DNA of 64,000 nucleotides from Macrostomum lignano (lineage: Eukaryota): positions 36,420 through 100,419 of the forward strand of contig NIVC01003382.1 in assembly GCA_002269645.1 (NCBI GenBank), given 5' to 3'. Positions 11,391 through 23,632 of this stretch are shown here, piece after piece. Position 1 is the first letter of the stretch. Every line of letters begins with the position of its first letter. Under the pieces are notes generated by a model. It saw only the letters and a program-made list of their open reading frames with translations, did not search any database and was not told the DNA's origin. The translations under genes were made by a program, and so were the position numbers.

Positions 11391-12646
11391 AAGTAACAGC
11401 CAGTGAGGCAGCTAGTAACAGCCAGTGAGTGAGGCAGCTAGTAACAGCCAGTGAGGCAGCTAGTAACAGCCAGTGAGTGAGGCAGCCAGTAACAGCCAGT
11501 GAGTGAGGCAGCTAGTAACAGCCAGTGAGTGAGGCAGCTAGTAACAGCCAGTGAGTGAGGCAGCTAGTAACAGCCAGTGAGTGAGGCAGCTAGTAACAGC
11601 CAGTGAGTGAGGCAGCTAGTAACAGCCAGTGAGTGAGGCAGCTAGTAACAGCCAGTGAGTGAGGCAGCTAGTAACAGCCAGTGAGTGAGGCAGCTAGTAA
11701 CAGCCAGTGAGTGAGGCAGCTAGTAACAGCCAGTGAGTGAGGCAGCTAGTAACAGCCAGTGAGGCAGCTAGTAACAGCCAGTGAGTGAGGCAGCTAGTAA
11801 CAGCCAGTGAGTGAGGCAGCTAGTAACAGCCAGTGAGTGAGGCAGCTAGTAACAGCCAGTGAGGCAGCTAGTAACAGCCAGTGAGTGAGGCAGCTAGTAA
11901 CAGCCAGTGAGTGAGGCAGCTAGTAACAGCCAGTGAGTGAGGCAGCTAGTAACAGCCAGTGAGTGAGGCAGCTAGTAACAGCCAGTGAGTGAGGCAGCTA
12001 GTAACAGCCAGTGAGTGAGGCAGCTAGTAACAGCCAGTGAGTGAGGCAGCTAGTAACAGCCAGTGAGTGAGGCAGCTAGTAACAGCCAGTGAGTGAGGCA
12101 GCTAGTAACAGCCAGTGAGTGAGGCAGCTAGTAACAGCCAGTGAGTGAGGCAGCTAGTAACAGCCAGTGAGGCAGCTAGTAACAGCCAGTGAGTGAGGCA
12201 GCTAGTAACAGCCAGTGAGTGAGGCAGCTAGTAACAGCCAGTGAGGCAGCTAGTAACAGCCAGTGAGTGAGGCAGCTAGTAACAGCCAGTGAGTGAGGCA
12301 GCTAGTAACAGCCAGTGAGTGAGGCAGCTAGTAACAGCCAGTGAGTGAGGCAGCTAGTAACAGCCAGTGAGTGAGGCAGCTAGTAACAGCCAGTGAGTGA
12401 GGCAGCTAGTAACAGCCAGTGAGTGAGGCAGCTAGTAACAGCCAGTGAGTGAGGCAGCTAGTAACAGCCAGTGAGTGAGGCAGCTAGTAACAGCCAGTGA
12501 GTGAGGCAGCTAGTAACAGCCAGTGAGGCAGCTAGTAACAGCCAGTGAGTGAGGCAGCTAGTAACAGCCAGTGAGTGAGGCAGCTAGTAACAGCCAGTGA
12601 GTGAGGCAGCTAGTAACAGCCAGTGAGGCAGCTAGTAACAGCTAGT
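11391..12646. repeat. 26-bp minisatellite (about 48 copies, some 22-bp variants) upstream of FLVCR
   Basis: Unit gaggcagctagtaacagccagtgagt; period 26 verified. Confidence 0.97.
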
Positions 12647-13511
12647 GGTAGCAGGAAGAAGTAAGCAGTGACAAAGGAGTCGGAAAAATAGCTAAATAAA
12701 TTAATAACGACTGAAGACTACGTTGACATAAAATGTAATTTCTGAAACGCCAAGAAATAAATCAGTATTGAAGATTTGAGCGCATGACTCAATTTAAATA
12801 GGCTTTATTATTCCACATTTTAGTGCAGCAGACGAATGAGTAGTATGTATGGCGCAAACAAAATCCTGAAGCTGCTAGAATGTAACAGACTTCAGTAGAG
12901 TGAGCAAAATTATTGTTTTCTGTATCTTTTTGAGCAACTCCCACGGACCGGTAGTTATACTGTAAAAACGTAATTACAAATTTCAACAGACTTATTGTAG
13001 GCAATCAATTAGCAAACTCTGGTTAAGTAAAAAACTCAGTAATGTCGTAAAAAATGGCTACACTACTTACAGTAGCCAAAATACGAGTAGATCTGCGTGA
13101 AAGCACTGGAAAATTGGAAGATCAGCAATCAAACAAAATATGTTAAAATGTAGTAGAATTGGCTGGCGTTGTGACCAAGCTATACAAGGTGGGAGGTAAT
13201 ATTCTCTGCAGATATGCGGCCACCAACAAATAATACGGTTTATCTAATTAACAAATTTATGCTCAAGAATTAATAGACTAAGCATGCAGCCATGCTGTTA
13301 TTAAACACTATTGGCGTCCACATTTCACAACTGCGTGTATTAAATAAAAAATTGCGGCACAAAAATTACAAAGGACTGTTGCCTTGGATACTGGCAGCTG
13401 ATTGACACTGCGGAGCTCTCAGATACTCCTTGTAGCTGATTGAACTAATATTTATACAGTAGATAGATGGACAGTGGGTTTGATATGCCACCTGGCATAT
13501 ATCATAGGTAT

Positions 13512-13553
13512 ATATATGCAGACAGACACAGATACACAAACAGATAGACAAGC

Positions 13554-13588
<35 letters not shown>

Positions 13589-13658
13589 CAGACAGACAGA
13601 CACACAGACAGACACTAAGACAGACAGACTGACAGACAGACACTAAGACAGACAGACA
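13512..13658. repeat. Degenerate (CAGA)n microsatellite
   Basis: Direct inspection. Confidence 0.9.
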
Positions 13659-13804
13659 TGTATTTCAGCGCCTGCTTCAAGCCTCGGATCGCCGTGTTCC
13701 TAAACTAGAAATCTAGAGTTGGCATTTCGAGCCCCAGCAGAGCAGGCAGTCAGCCAAATCCGAGATAAGCGCGATCAAAAACAGCAAAACAAAGGAAAGT
13801 AAAA

Positions 13805-16246
13805 TCAGGCCGAGTCGCCAAGCAGCGCCGCGATGCCCTGGCAGCAGCCGATGGCCTGCATTGCCCGCACCAGCTGCTGACAGTGCAGCGGCTGCAGCAG
13901 CTGCAGTCCCTCATACAGCAGGCCTGCCGCGGGTTGCCCCCTGGCCTGGCCGCGTTCTAGCAGCTGACGCAGCTCGCCAGGCAGCATCTCCAGCAGCAGC
14001 AGCAGCGGCTCGAAGACCGCCTGAACAGCCGGGCAGCAGCAGAGCCGGCCGAGCTGCTCCGGTGTGACCAGCTTGTCTGGCGAGATGGACAGCTTGGCCA
14101 GATTGACGGCCGTCATGGAGGCCGGGCCCAAGTCGGTGGAGGAGAACTCGGGCTCCGCAGGCTCCGGGACAGGGACAATTGAGTCCGTCTCGGTTGTGTC
14201 AAGCTCCATCTTAAGCAGCTGACTGACGGATTCCCCGGGCAGGCAGCCGTTCCAGGCTTCGATTGCCCGATCGAACGGCGGCCGATCTGTCACCACGTAT
14301 TGGGCGACATTCGCCCAGCTGGACGCTTGAGTTGCCGCCGGCCAGCGAGCTCGGATTCGGTTGCTAAGCAGGCTGGTCAACTGTTTGGAGCTGAGCTGTC
14401 TGCCCGGACAGGCCAGAGTGAAGACTTCGAAGCAAGACAGCCCGTAGGCGAGTCGATCCTGATCCAAACAGGCCGGCTGCGGTCCAATTACGCCTGAGTC
14501 AAAGCCGCCAATCTAGTAGGGGGCAAATAGGTAAACGGCGGGAGTAATCATGAACGAGTTGCCTCGTCAGCTAATAAGTTGCTGAATTATTGAATAAAGT
14601 CGGATCAACTATGACCAACTTGCCTAAGCTATCTACCTCATTGTCTTGTAAGTTTTATCAGTTCAGCTAACAGTCAGTTAACTATTCTTCACTTAGCAGA
14701 AATTCGCACGCCTTCTCACCTTGGCCTGCAGACTGGCTGTTATTAAAATGTTTCTGGAACTAAAACTGCCGTGACAAATTGGCGGCTTCTCAACTCTGTG
14801 CAGGTGATGAAAGCCTTCGGCAATTTGGCGCAGCCAGAGCGACAGCAGAAGCGGACTCACCGGCTGGCGCTGCGAAATGGGAACAAGTTTGATTGAGCAA
14901 TACTGGCCACGAAACAGATAATAAAACCCATCTTAGATTAAAGGTAAAGCATTTTATATAAAATTTGAAATCTCGATTAGGGATTTGACATCCCGATTGA
15001 GGATTTGACATCCCGATTAAGGATTTGACATCCCGATTGAGGATTTCACATCCCGATTGAGGATTCGACCTCCCGATTGAGGATTTGACATTTCGATTGG
15101 GGGAGGGGGTTGACATCCCGATTGGGGATTTGACATCTCGATTGGGGATTTGACATCTCGATTGGGGAATTGACATCTCGATTGGGGAATTGACATCTCG
15201 ATTGGGGAATTGACATCTAGATTGGGGATTTGACATCTCGATTGGGGAATTGACATCTCGATTGGGGATTTGACATCTCGATTGGGGATTTTGACATCCC
15301 GATTGGGGATTTGACATCTCTATTGGGGATTTGACATCCCGATTGGGGATTTGACATCTCTATTGGGGATTTGACATCTCGATTGGGGAATTGACATCTC
15401 GATTGGGGATTTGACATCTCGATTGGGGAATTGACATCTCGATTGGGGATTTGACATCCCGATGGAGGATTCGACATCCCGATGGGGATTTGACATCTCG
15501 ATTGGGGAATTGACATCTCGATTGGGGAATTGACATCTCGATTGGGGAATTGACATCTCGATTGGGGAATTGACATCTCGATTGAGGATTTGACGATGGG
15601 GGATTTGAAATCCCCATTGAGGATTTGACATTTCTATTTTGGATTTGACAACGCGATCTCAGGTTTTCGGTGCCACAATCTAAAAGCTCACAATTGTACT
15701 GTTTAAAAGTACACTCACCCGATCTGACTGAGCCAGGCTGAACTCCAAAACATTGCCATGCTCACAGTGCTCCATCACAATGCCCATCAACATGACATTT
15801 TGCTCCATATAAAAAGCCACTGAGCTGAGGAGTGCTGAGTGGTTTGCTTTAATTTTTTTCAATATATTAAACTGATTACTTATCAGCTTAGTGGCCGTTG
15901 TGCTGCAATGTTAGCAAATTGGTTTTTTATTAGAAACAAAGAATCTGAAAAGTGGAAAAATCATAAAGCTGACAGAGTCTGAGCAAGTGTCATACATCTG
16001 TACGCTTGTAGAACTAGATGTAGGCTTCATTTTCTTCAAAAAGTAGCGCTGATCAGTGGAGTCTTCCTTCCATTTGCAGCAAGCATATGAGAAGTAGCCG
16101 CTATCTGAAATGTGTAAAAAATATAAAGTTAAAATCAACAGATACATAGATAGACAGGTAATTCTAAAAGAAAAAGGCATACCAATAGGTGCAGCCTCTA
16201 GGTCACGAAGGTTATCTTGATTGACAGTAATTTTACTTGATAGCAT
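13805..16246 (-). CDS. TKL/RIPK-like pseudokinase with C-terminal death-domain-like region, 5 exons, 412 aa
   Basis: Exons 16246-16183, 16104-15974, 15871-15719, 14902-14720, 14512-13805; GT-AG, phase-consistent (1239 nt). Kinase landmarks appear in order: PIDSGYFSY (Gly loop), RYFLKK (VAIK), NILKKIKANH, GIVMEHCEHGNV (hinge), WLRQIAEGFHHLH...PPICHGSFSSRNILIT (VIa/VIb), AKIGGFD (DFG position), DRLAYGLSCFEVFT (IX). The C-terminal 85 aa follow a death-domain hydrophobic pattern. Confidence 0.78.
14985..15645. repeat. 20-bp minisatellite in pseudokinase intron 3
   Basis: Unit cgattggggatttgacatct; period 20 verified. Confidence 0.95.
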
Positions 16247-16500
16247 GATTCTGAAATTTAAAGAGATGGTGCATCAGTATAGAAACAATTAATTGAATCA
16301 ATTTATTAGTTTAAATTCAGTTATTGGTTTATTTTTTCATTTTAAATATTTATCCCCTGTTACTAGCAATTTGTAAATTAGCATAATAGTAGTACCTGGT
16401 ACTCGTACAATAGTGCAATGGTTTTATTCCTTGCCTTAGTGGCACTTATTGAGCAGGTAGCATTAAACTATGACAACTATTTTGCGCATCCAAACACACA

Positions 16501-16557
16501 TGTAAGTCGCTATTGGACGGAAAAGTAGTCACGTGACTGGTATCAGCCAATAGCGAC

Positions 16558-16608
<51 letters not shown>

Positions 16609-17961
16609 GCCAATAGAAACGGCCGGGTGATTCCCAAAGTTGCGCATGCATGATTTTGCGGAATAACTGTATCGCTTTTAATGTACATTCGCTCTCTATG
16701 TACAACGTTGACTCAGTCCTAACTCGCATAAATAAAGCGAGCACTGCCTCACGGGGCCTATGCTGATTTTTGCACTGCCAAATAGCAAGTGTTACAAGTG
16801 GTAGCAGAGATCAGAATGACAAAGGGCACCCACCGCGCGATTCTGAGAACTTTTAGGCTCTGGCAACTTTAATGAGTGGCTGCAGCGGTTTGAGCTGTGT
16901 GCAGCAGCCAACAAGTGGACAAACGACAAACACTTGCATCTGCCAACAATTCTGGATGGCGAGGCTCTGGCAGTCTTCTTTGAGCTTGGCGACGAGAACA
17001 AGAGCGACTACAGTCAAGTGTGACCAAAGCATTAACGCAGTGATTAACCGAGGCATTTCTCACTTCTCAGCGCTGGAGGCATTCGAGATCCAGAAGCTGC
17101 TGCCTGGTGAACCTCCTCGGCTGTTTCTCTACCGCCTGAGGCAGCTGCTCAAGGACGCTGGAATTAGCAACAAGAATGCCACAGACAGCATGCTGACCCA
17201 TCACTTCATCCGCGGACTGCCGGCGGATGTCAGCACTGACGCGTCAGTCAAGACACCTGCTACTGGAGGTGCCTTCTGCCACCACGGATGAAAGCCAATC
17301 AGCCTCTCGCAGCAGCAGCCAGAACTGCTTGCGGCAGTGCTGAGACTGCAGATTTGAGGGCTATGGTCAACTTGCTGCAGGCGACAGTCCAAGACGTGGC
17401 GGCGAAGCTAAGCCCAGAGGCTTCAGACTCCTGCGTGGTTCGCAGTGCGAGGAGACAGCACGAGATGACCTGCTGGAATGGCAACCACTGTGGCCACATT
17501 GCCAGGAACTGCAAGCACCCATTGGGAAATGGCACTGGCCCGGGTGGAGCCCACAACCCTGGCCAGTTCTGACTTCTGAGCACAGGGCCTCAGCATAAGT
17601 GGATTGTTTTGGGGTGGATAGGGGGGCAGGCTGGACAGTGCTTGAGCAGCGCAGCAACTTATTCTGCATTTGTTGCAACTTTGGCAGCTAGCCGATCCAC
17701 TAGTCACATACAAACCAGCTGCACTAATGGTTAGCAGACCAGCCTGACACCAAGCAGCTCTGCTAGCAGCAAGTAGCCTACCAAGTTGCACCAAAATTGT
17801 CATTTTGCCATACAGATATGTGTTCTTGGACCTATTGGAAGTAAGTCGCTATTGGACAGAATAGTGGTCATGTGACTGCTCTCAGCCAATAGCGACTTAC
17901 ATGTGTGTGTTGCCAATAGAAACGACTGAGTGATTGCGCATGGTTGCGCATGTATGTTACA
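16501..17961 (+). mobile_element. Internally deleted Ty3/Gypsy-like LTR retrotransposon (5' LTR, tRNA-iMet PBS, disrupted gag, partial 3' LTR)
   Basis: 5' LTR 16501-16796 with TGTAA...TTACA ends; PBS TGGTAGCAGAG at 16799-16809; gag motifs FNEWLQRFELCAAANKW...LPTILDGEALAVFFEL and degenerate Zn knuckle CWNGNHCGHIARNC; second LTR-like copy 17840-17961. No pol; TSD not found. Confidence 0.82.
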
Positions 17962-18249
17962 AAATGCACCTGCAATATTAAATGAATATCAACTTAAATT
18001 ACCTTTTGACTATTCTTTCTTTTCTTTTACTTCTTCTTTCCCCTCTTTTCTTTGCCTCCTTTTCTCTTTTTTTCTTTATTAATCTTTTCTTATAATGTTT
18101 ATTAAATAAAATAATAAAAGCTCCATTTCAATTACCAAGATCTGTGAAAGCAAGGCCTGTTTAGGACTACCAGTTGGTTTCTAAGAAGCCTCCTTTGCAA
18201 TCTAGTCTTCTTTGATAGTGGCAAATGCTAGATAGCTTCCTTATTAGCT

Positions 18250-21187
18250 AATAAAAACTTGACTTTATTTGCACCACGGTTCAGATAAATGCCGCCTCCT
18301 CCACGGGGTTAAGTCGGAGAGCCGCGCTTAACTGCTGCGGCGGCCAACAGCGGCAGGACCAAGCGGGGGCAGCGGAGCGCCCGCCGGCGTGTTGAGCGTC
18401 GACGTGAGCGCAATCGGCGAGGTCGGCTGCGTGGCGCCGCCCGCCGAGCCGCCGCCGCACTGGTCCAATCGGATCTTCTGGGTGGCGCCAGGGACTGAGG
18501 CCCAACTTCATCGGGCTCCAGCTGTACCACAGGGAGTACTCCGGGTCGGGACGTTGAAAGATTGCCGGACCCTGAAAGATGAAAACTGCCGGACCCTGAA
18601 AGATTCCTGGCGGAGAGGGCAGCTAGCGAAGCTAGCACTCGACCTCAGCTGCGACGTCATCGCGCTGCAGGAGGTATCCATCAAGGCTGACCCGGAAATT
18701 CACTCTGAGGACCTGGGTGCTGGCTGGACCTTCTGGTACACCTCAGCTAACCACCGTGGCCGAGGAGGAGTAGGGGCGCTGATCGGGCCGAGGCTGCAGC
18801 AGAGCTGCTGCTGCGTCTCTCTGTCTGACCTGCTGCTTCGTGTCGATGTCCGGCTTCGCGGCCGGAACGCCCGTCTGTTCTGCGCATATGCACCGCCCGC
18901 CACCCGCCCGGATGAAGCTCAGACCTTCTTTGACTTCCTTTCCGAGCAGGTTGAAGCGACGGCACAGCACGACACGGTGATCGTGCTCGGCGATCTCAAC
19001 GCTGTGCCGCGCCGCTCCGAGCGGTCGCTCTGTCACACCACGCTAGAACGGCAACACTGGAGCGCTGGACGACTTCCTGGCCCGGCACGATCTGGTGTCA
19101 GTCAACAGCCGCTTCCGCCGGCCGCCTAGCAGGCTCGCCACCTTTGTGGGCTGCCAGCGCTGGCGACGGAACGCGCCGGGTCGGTTCGCCACGCGGAGGC
19201 TAGCACAGCGGGACCACGTGCTTTTGCGCTTTCGCGAGCGTGGCCGCGCCATCAACTGCCGCATCATCAACTGCCGCATCATCACGCCGCTGGCCCTATG
19301 CTCCGACCACCGGCTTGTCATCTGCGACCTTCATGTCCGGGACCCTCTATACCGGCCGCCAAAGCGACTGCAGCGGCGCTACTAACGTGCGCTCAAGAAC
19401 ACCGAGACGCGCCGCCGCTTTGCAAACGCCTTCTGCACTGAGCTGGAGGGCGCGCGTGGTTCCGCCAAGTATGCAGCAGTCAGCGAAGCTGTCCGCACCG
19501 CCGCGGAGCAGTAAGTACCGCTGATGCGGCCAACACAGCGGGGACAACCAGCCTGGATGGAGGATGAGGAGGTTAGACAGGCGGCAGACAACATAAAACG
19601 CATCCGTCTGAATGGCCAGCCTGCGCACGAGGCGGAGGAGGCTCTGGCGCGCGTCTACCAAGAGCGGGAGCTCGCCGCTGTCGACGACGCCATCCGAGCC
19701 GTCTCTGCTGCGGGCGGAAAGGCACTGGGGCCAGACGAAGTGCCAATCGAGGCGCTGCGCATCCATTGCGTGGCCACTGAGGTCACCCTTGTGATAAACA
19801 GCGTGCTCGCTGGAGGTCCGGCGCCTACTGAGTGGACCCTAGCGCACATCGTCGGCATCCCAAAGAAGCCAGGCACAACCAAACTGGAGGAGCACCGAGG
19901 TATCTGCCTAATGTCCATCGCCGCAAAGCTTTTCAACCGGCTTCTGCTCGCCCGGCTGCAGCCCATGCTAGATCCCTACCTGCGGATCGAGCAGAACGGG
20001 TTTCGGCCAAGGCGCGGCACCGTCACGCAGATACTGGCCCTTCAGCGAGTCATCGAGGAGGCGCGCACGCGCCAGTTGAACCTGATCGTGGTCTTTGTTG
20101 ACTTCAAAAAGGCCTTCGACTCGGTCGCCAGAAGCGCGTTTTCCGCTGGTGCTTAGAGCGTACAAGGTACCGCAGCAACTGGTCAATGCCACGATGGCGC
20201 TGTACCAAAACACCAGAGCTGCGGTGGTGACCCCAGACGGTCTCTCGGACACCTTCGATACGTCATCCGGAGTACTCCAGAGGGACACGCTGGCGCCATT
20301 TCTGTTTGTACTGGTGCTGGACTGGGTGCTGCAGACTGCTTTGCCCACGGCCGAGGACGACTTACTCCTGCAGCGCCGTGTGGGTCGCCGCCAACCAGAG
20401 CGCCGCCTCAGCATCTTAGGCTACGCCGACGACCTCGCCCTGCTGTCATCAACTGTCGAAGGCGCCCAACATCAGCTGGACCGGCTGGTTGGCGTTGCTG
20501 CGAGCGTCGGCCTGGTGGTCAACACGCAGAAGACCGTCGTGCTCACCACGCCATCTGACATCCAAGCCGACATCTGCCGAGGCGCCAATGGGCAGGCGAC
20601 GCCGCTGCCGCGCTGTCAGCAGTTTGTGTACCTTGGTGGTCTGGTGCCCGATGTCTCCGACGACCTGAGGCGTCGCCGCGGACTCGCCTGGGCGGCCTTC
20701 AACTTTGTGAGGACCGTCTTACACTCTGCGGCCCTGCCAGACCACCAGCGTTCGGCGCTGTTCCAGGCGGTGATTGAGACCGTCCTGCTTTACAACGCCG
20801 AGACATGGACACTGACTGAGATGCTTGAGCGGCAGGTCGATGTGGCCCACGCCGGCCTGCTGCGCGCCGCCTTCAAGATCGGCGGTGGCAAGCTTGTCTC
20901 CAATGCGGCGCTGTATGCCCGAGCCCACCTTGCCTGCCCCAGCAACCTGCTTTGACGCCATCAGCTCCAGCTGGCAGGCCACCTATCTGCGCCAAGACAT
21001 ACTGCCCCGAGCCAGTACAGGAGACGCTGCTAATGCTTCCAGTGCCCTCTGGCAAGGGCAGGCGCCTACCCAGATTGCCTACTGGCGCCCCCGACCAAGC
21101 CAATGGCCTAGCCTTCCTTCGCTCCTGCGCTCTGAGGCACACCCTGTGACACCCACTGCTGACTCTGGGGCGTAACTTCTTGTGTTG
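18250..21187 (+). mobile_element. Degraded RTE-like non-LTR retrotransposon (APE endonuclease plus reverse transcriptase)
   Basis: APE motifs CDVIALQEV, GVGALI, CAYAP, IVLGDLNA, SDHRLV; RT motifs KALGPDEVP, HRGICLMSIAAKLFNR, EQNGFRPRRGT, VFVDFKKAFDSV, GVLQRDTLAPFLF, LGYADD, FVYLG. Several frameshifts and stops. Candidate 9-bp TSD TTATTAGCT at 18241-18249 and 21188-21196. The clade call is by motif recognition only. Confidence 0.9.
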
Positions 21188-21361
21188 TTATTAGCTTTAT
21201 GTATCTTAATTTAAGGCCTACCATCCCAACTTTAATATTCATTGATATCAAAAATGCTGTTTAAGTCCTTGACCCCAAAGATTTACAAGCTCTCCCTGTA
21301 TTGAAAGTAAAAACATTTATTTTAACTTAAAACCCTTGATTCTAATCCCAATATGCATTTA

Positions 21362-21395
<34 letters not shown>

Positions 21396-22170
21396 ATGAA
21401 TATGATAATTTTATAATTAGTCACACAGCATAGTAATAAATCCTAATGTTTTCTCAAGATATTAAAACTAAGATGGAGATTAAAAAACTTAGATTTTAAT
21501 AATTAAAATTAGATTGAGATCTTTTTAACTATAACTAGTTTTTTGCCAAGGAATAGTTAAAGAGAAATTATTAATGAGCAAATTAGAATAATAATGGCAT
21601 AGTTGGTAAAATTGTAGATTTTGTTTAGTTAGAAAAAGTGTTCTAGTTTTTTATGTAAATCATGTAATATATAAAGATATTATATAAGGCCTAGTATCCC
21701 AACTTTTTAAATTGCATCCTAAAAATTGGATCTTCAGGTGCAAATTTGCATTTTAGTACTAGTGAAAAAAACCTAGGCCAAGGCCAGGGCCAAGACAAAA
21801 TGTAACAGTGAATGGGAACAAATCAAAAGGGCTACATATTAAAAGGGCAATAGTCAAAAAGGGTGTTGGCAAGAGAAGGTATATTTATTTATTTCTGATT
21901 TAGATATTTAATCTATTATTTAGTTTTTCTTTCTGCATACATTGAGGTCCAACCCTCCTTTCTGAATCATGTAGCTTGTACATGCGCTTAGCACCTACCC
22001 CCTTTTACATTAGTGCTAGTGCTAATATATATTTGCAGTCTCAGTTGCTTGAGAGTGTGCAACTGTGGTTTTTGGTTAGTTAGATTTGCATTGAGCTGTA
22101 GCCGTAAAGTCAATTTGATTCTGTGAAGACTTGTTCATTTTGCATGACTTGACAAGAGTGCAAGAACATC

Positions 22171-23200
22171 GGGTAGCAGAGCGTGGTTCTTTACTCATTA
22201 CAATTAATCAATGTTGGATGACAGAAATGAAGAGACTGCAGCAGCAGCTCTGATAATGAGCAACTAGCTGGCTCAACTAAAGGCCACAAAGGCTATTGAG
22301 AAGTGTGCCTTCACAAAGCTACGCAACAAACTTTTGAGGACCCTAAGCTTGGACGGAGCAGAGTTGGACAAGGCCAAGCAGCTTGTGGAGCAGCTTGATC
22401 AGAGCTACAAGAAGGTGAACACAGTGATTAGTGATGGATCGAAATTATTTTTCAAATCGAAATTGAAATCGAAATTTTCGGTTCTTTAGAATCGAAATTG
22501 AAATTGAAATCGAAATCGAAATCGAAATTTTTTGAGCTTAACAAATTTTTACTTTTTTGCTAATCATGCAAAAAGGTTAACACCTTGCCTCTGCATGCAT
22601 GAGCTTACATTTTTTATAAAAAGTATCTTTGATATGTTTAAACCAGAATACTTAAGATTTAACTTACTTTAAAAATACGAAATAGAAAATGCTAGTGTAT
22701 TATGTATTATACACTCGTACATAGAAATACAGTAGAAGTTGTATTATACTTCACTGCTGTTTAAGCTGAAGATCTAGATACGAGTAGCCTATATCCATTT
22801 CATTAAGGCTTTAAGTCTTTAGCCAATTAAAATCCACGCCGATGAGTTCAGCCAGTGGGCTTGTGGAGGTTGAGGTGGGTGCAGCACAAGGCCTGGAACA
22901 GTGTGTCCCGCGCAACCTTTTCTTGTAGAAAAGGCGATTCTCACCTCCCCACTGAGTCTTTGAACCACACTTCCTTTCACTTCCTATTGATTTTCTTACT
23001 CGTGTAGCATGATCATCAATGTCTAAATTGTTAAAATATAACCAAAATTTCGAAATGATTTTCGATGAATGGTGTCAAAATTTGAAATCGAAATCGAAAT
23101 TATTTCGATGCAAAATTAGTTTCGAATTTCGGAATATCGAAATCGAAATCGAATTTCGATCCATCACTAACCGTGATTCAAGAAGTTTTGCACAAGGTTG
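22171..23200 (+). mobile_element. LTR-retrotransposon remnant (tRNA-iMet-type PBS plus gag-like N-terminus) interrupted by a hAT MITE
   Basis: (G)GGTAGCAGAGCGTGGTT at 22171-22188 directly after ...AAGAACA; the frame KATKAIEKCAFTKLRNKLL...KKVNTV|IQEVLHKV continues across the MITE once the TSD is removed. Possibly BEL/Pao-like (inference). Confidence 0.5.
22429..23169. mobile_element. hAT-like non-autonomous DNA transposon (741 bp)
   Basis: 18-bp TIR TAGTGATGGATCGAAATT; 8-bp TSD acagtgat (22421-22428) / accgtgat (23170-23177, 1 mismatch); subterminal GAAATC repeats at both ends. Confidence 0.88.
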
Positions 23201-23201
23201 G

Positions 23202-23632
23202 TGTTAAGTAAGAACGAGCGAGACTTTTAGGCATGACAAAACTCTTAAGGCCCAAGTTGGCCAAAGTCAGACTATATATATTGTCAAGTGAAGTGGGTTG
23301 AAATATTGATTCATGCAATGTACAGTGTTGGGTGTATATAGAGCTAGTGTGCATTTTGAATTAAGAAAGAGTTCTAAAACGCAACACACAACATCTCCCA
23401 ACGCAAGAAATAAGTTTGTTAACCGATTACAGTATTAAAGTATTAAGCAAAATCTCTGAACGGAAGCAGAAATAAAAGCAAATTTGAATGGAAGTGGATT
23501 TAAAAAAAAACTACAATCTTTGAGTCATGTTGGACTAATAACATTGGCAACATTGATACAAACAATGCACATTAACTTTAATGCAAAGCTCTGGACCGAT
23601 ACAATGCAACAATATACTCCTAATCTCTCCAC
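23202..23632 (-). mobile_element. 3' end (PPT plus 3' LTR) of a Gypsy-like element in minus orientation
   Basis: Minus strand: purine tract GGGAGA (23399-23394) immediately followed by TGTTG...TAACA (23393-23202); 150 bp of it is the inverted copy of 23660-23810. Confidence 0.6.
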
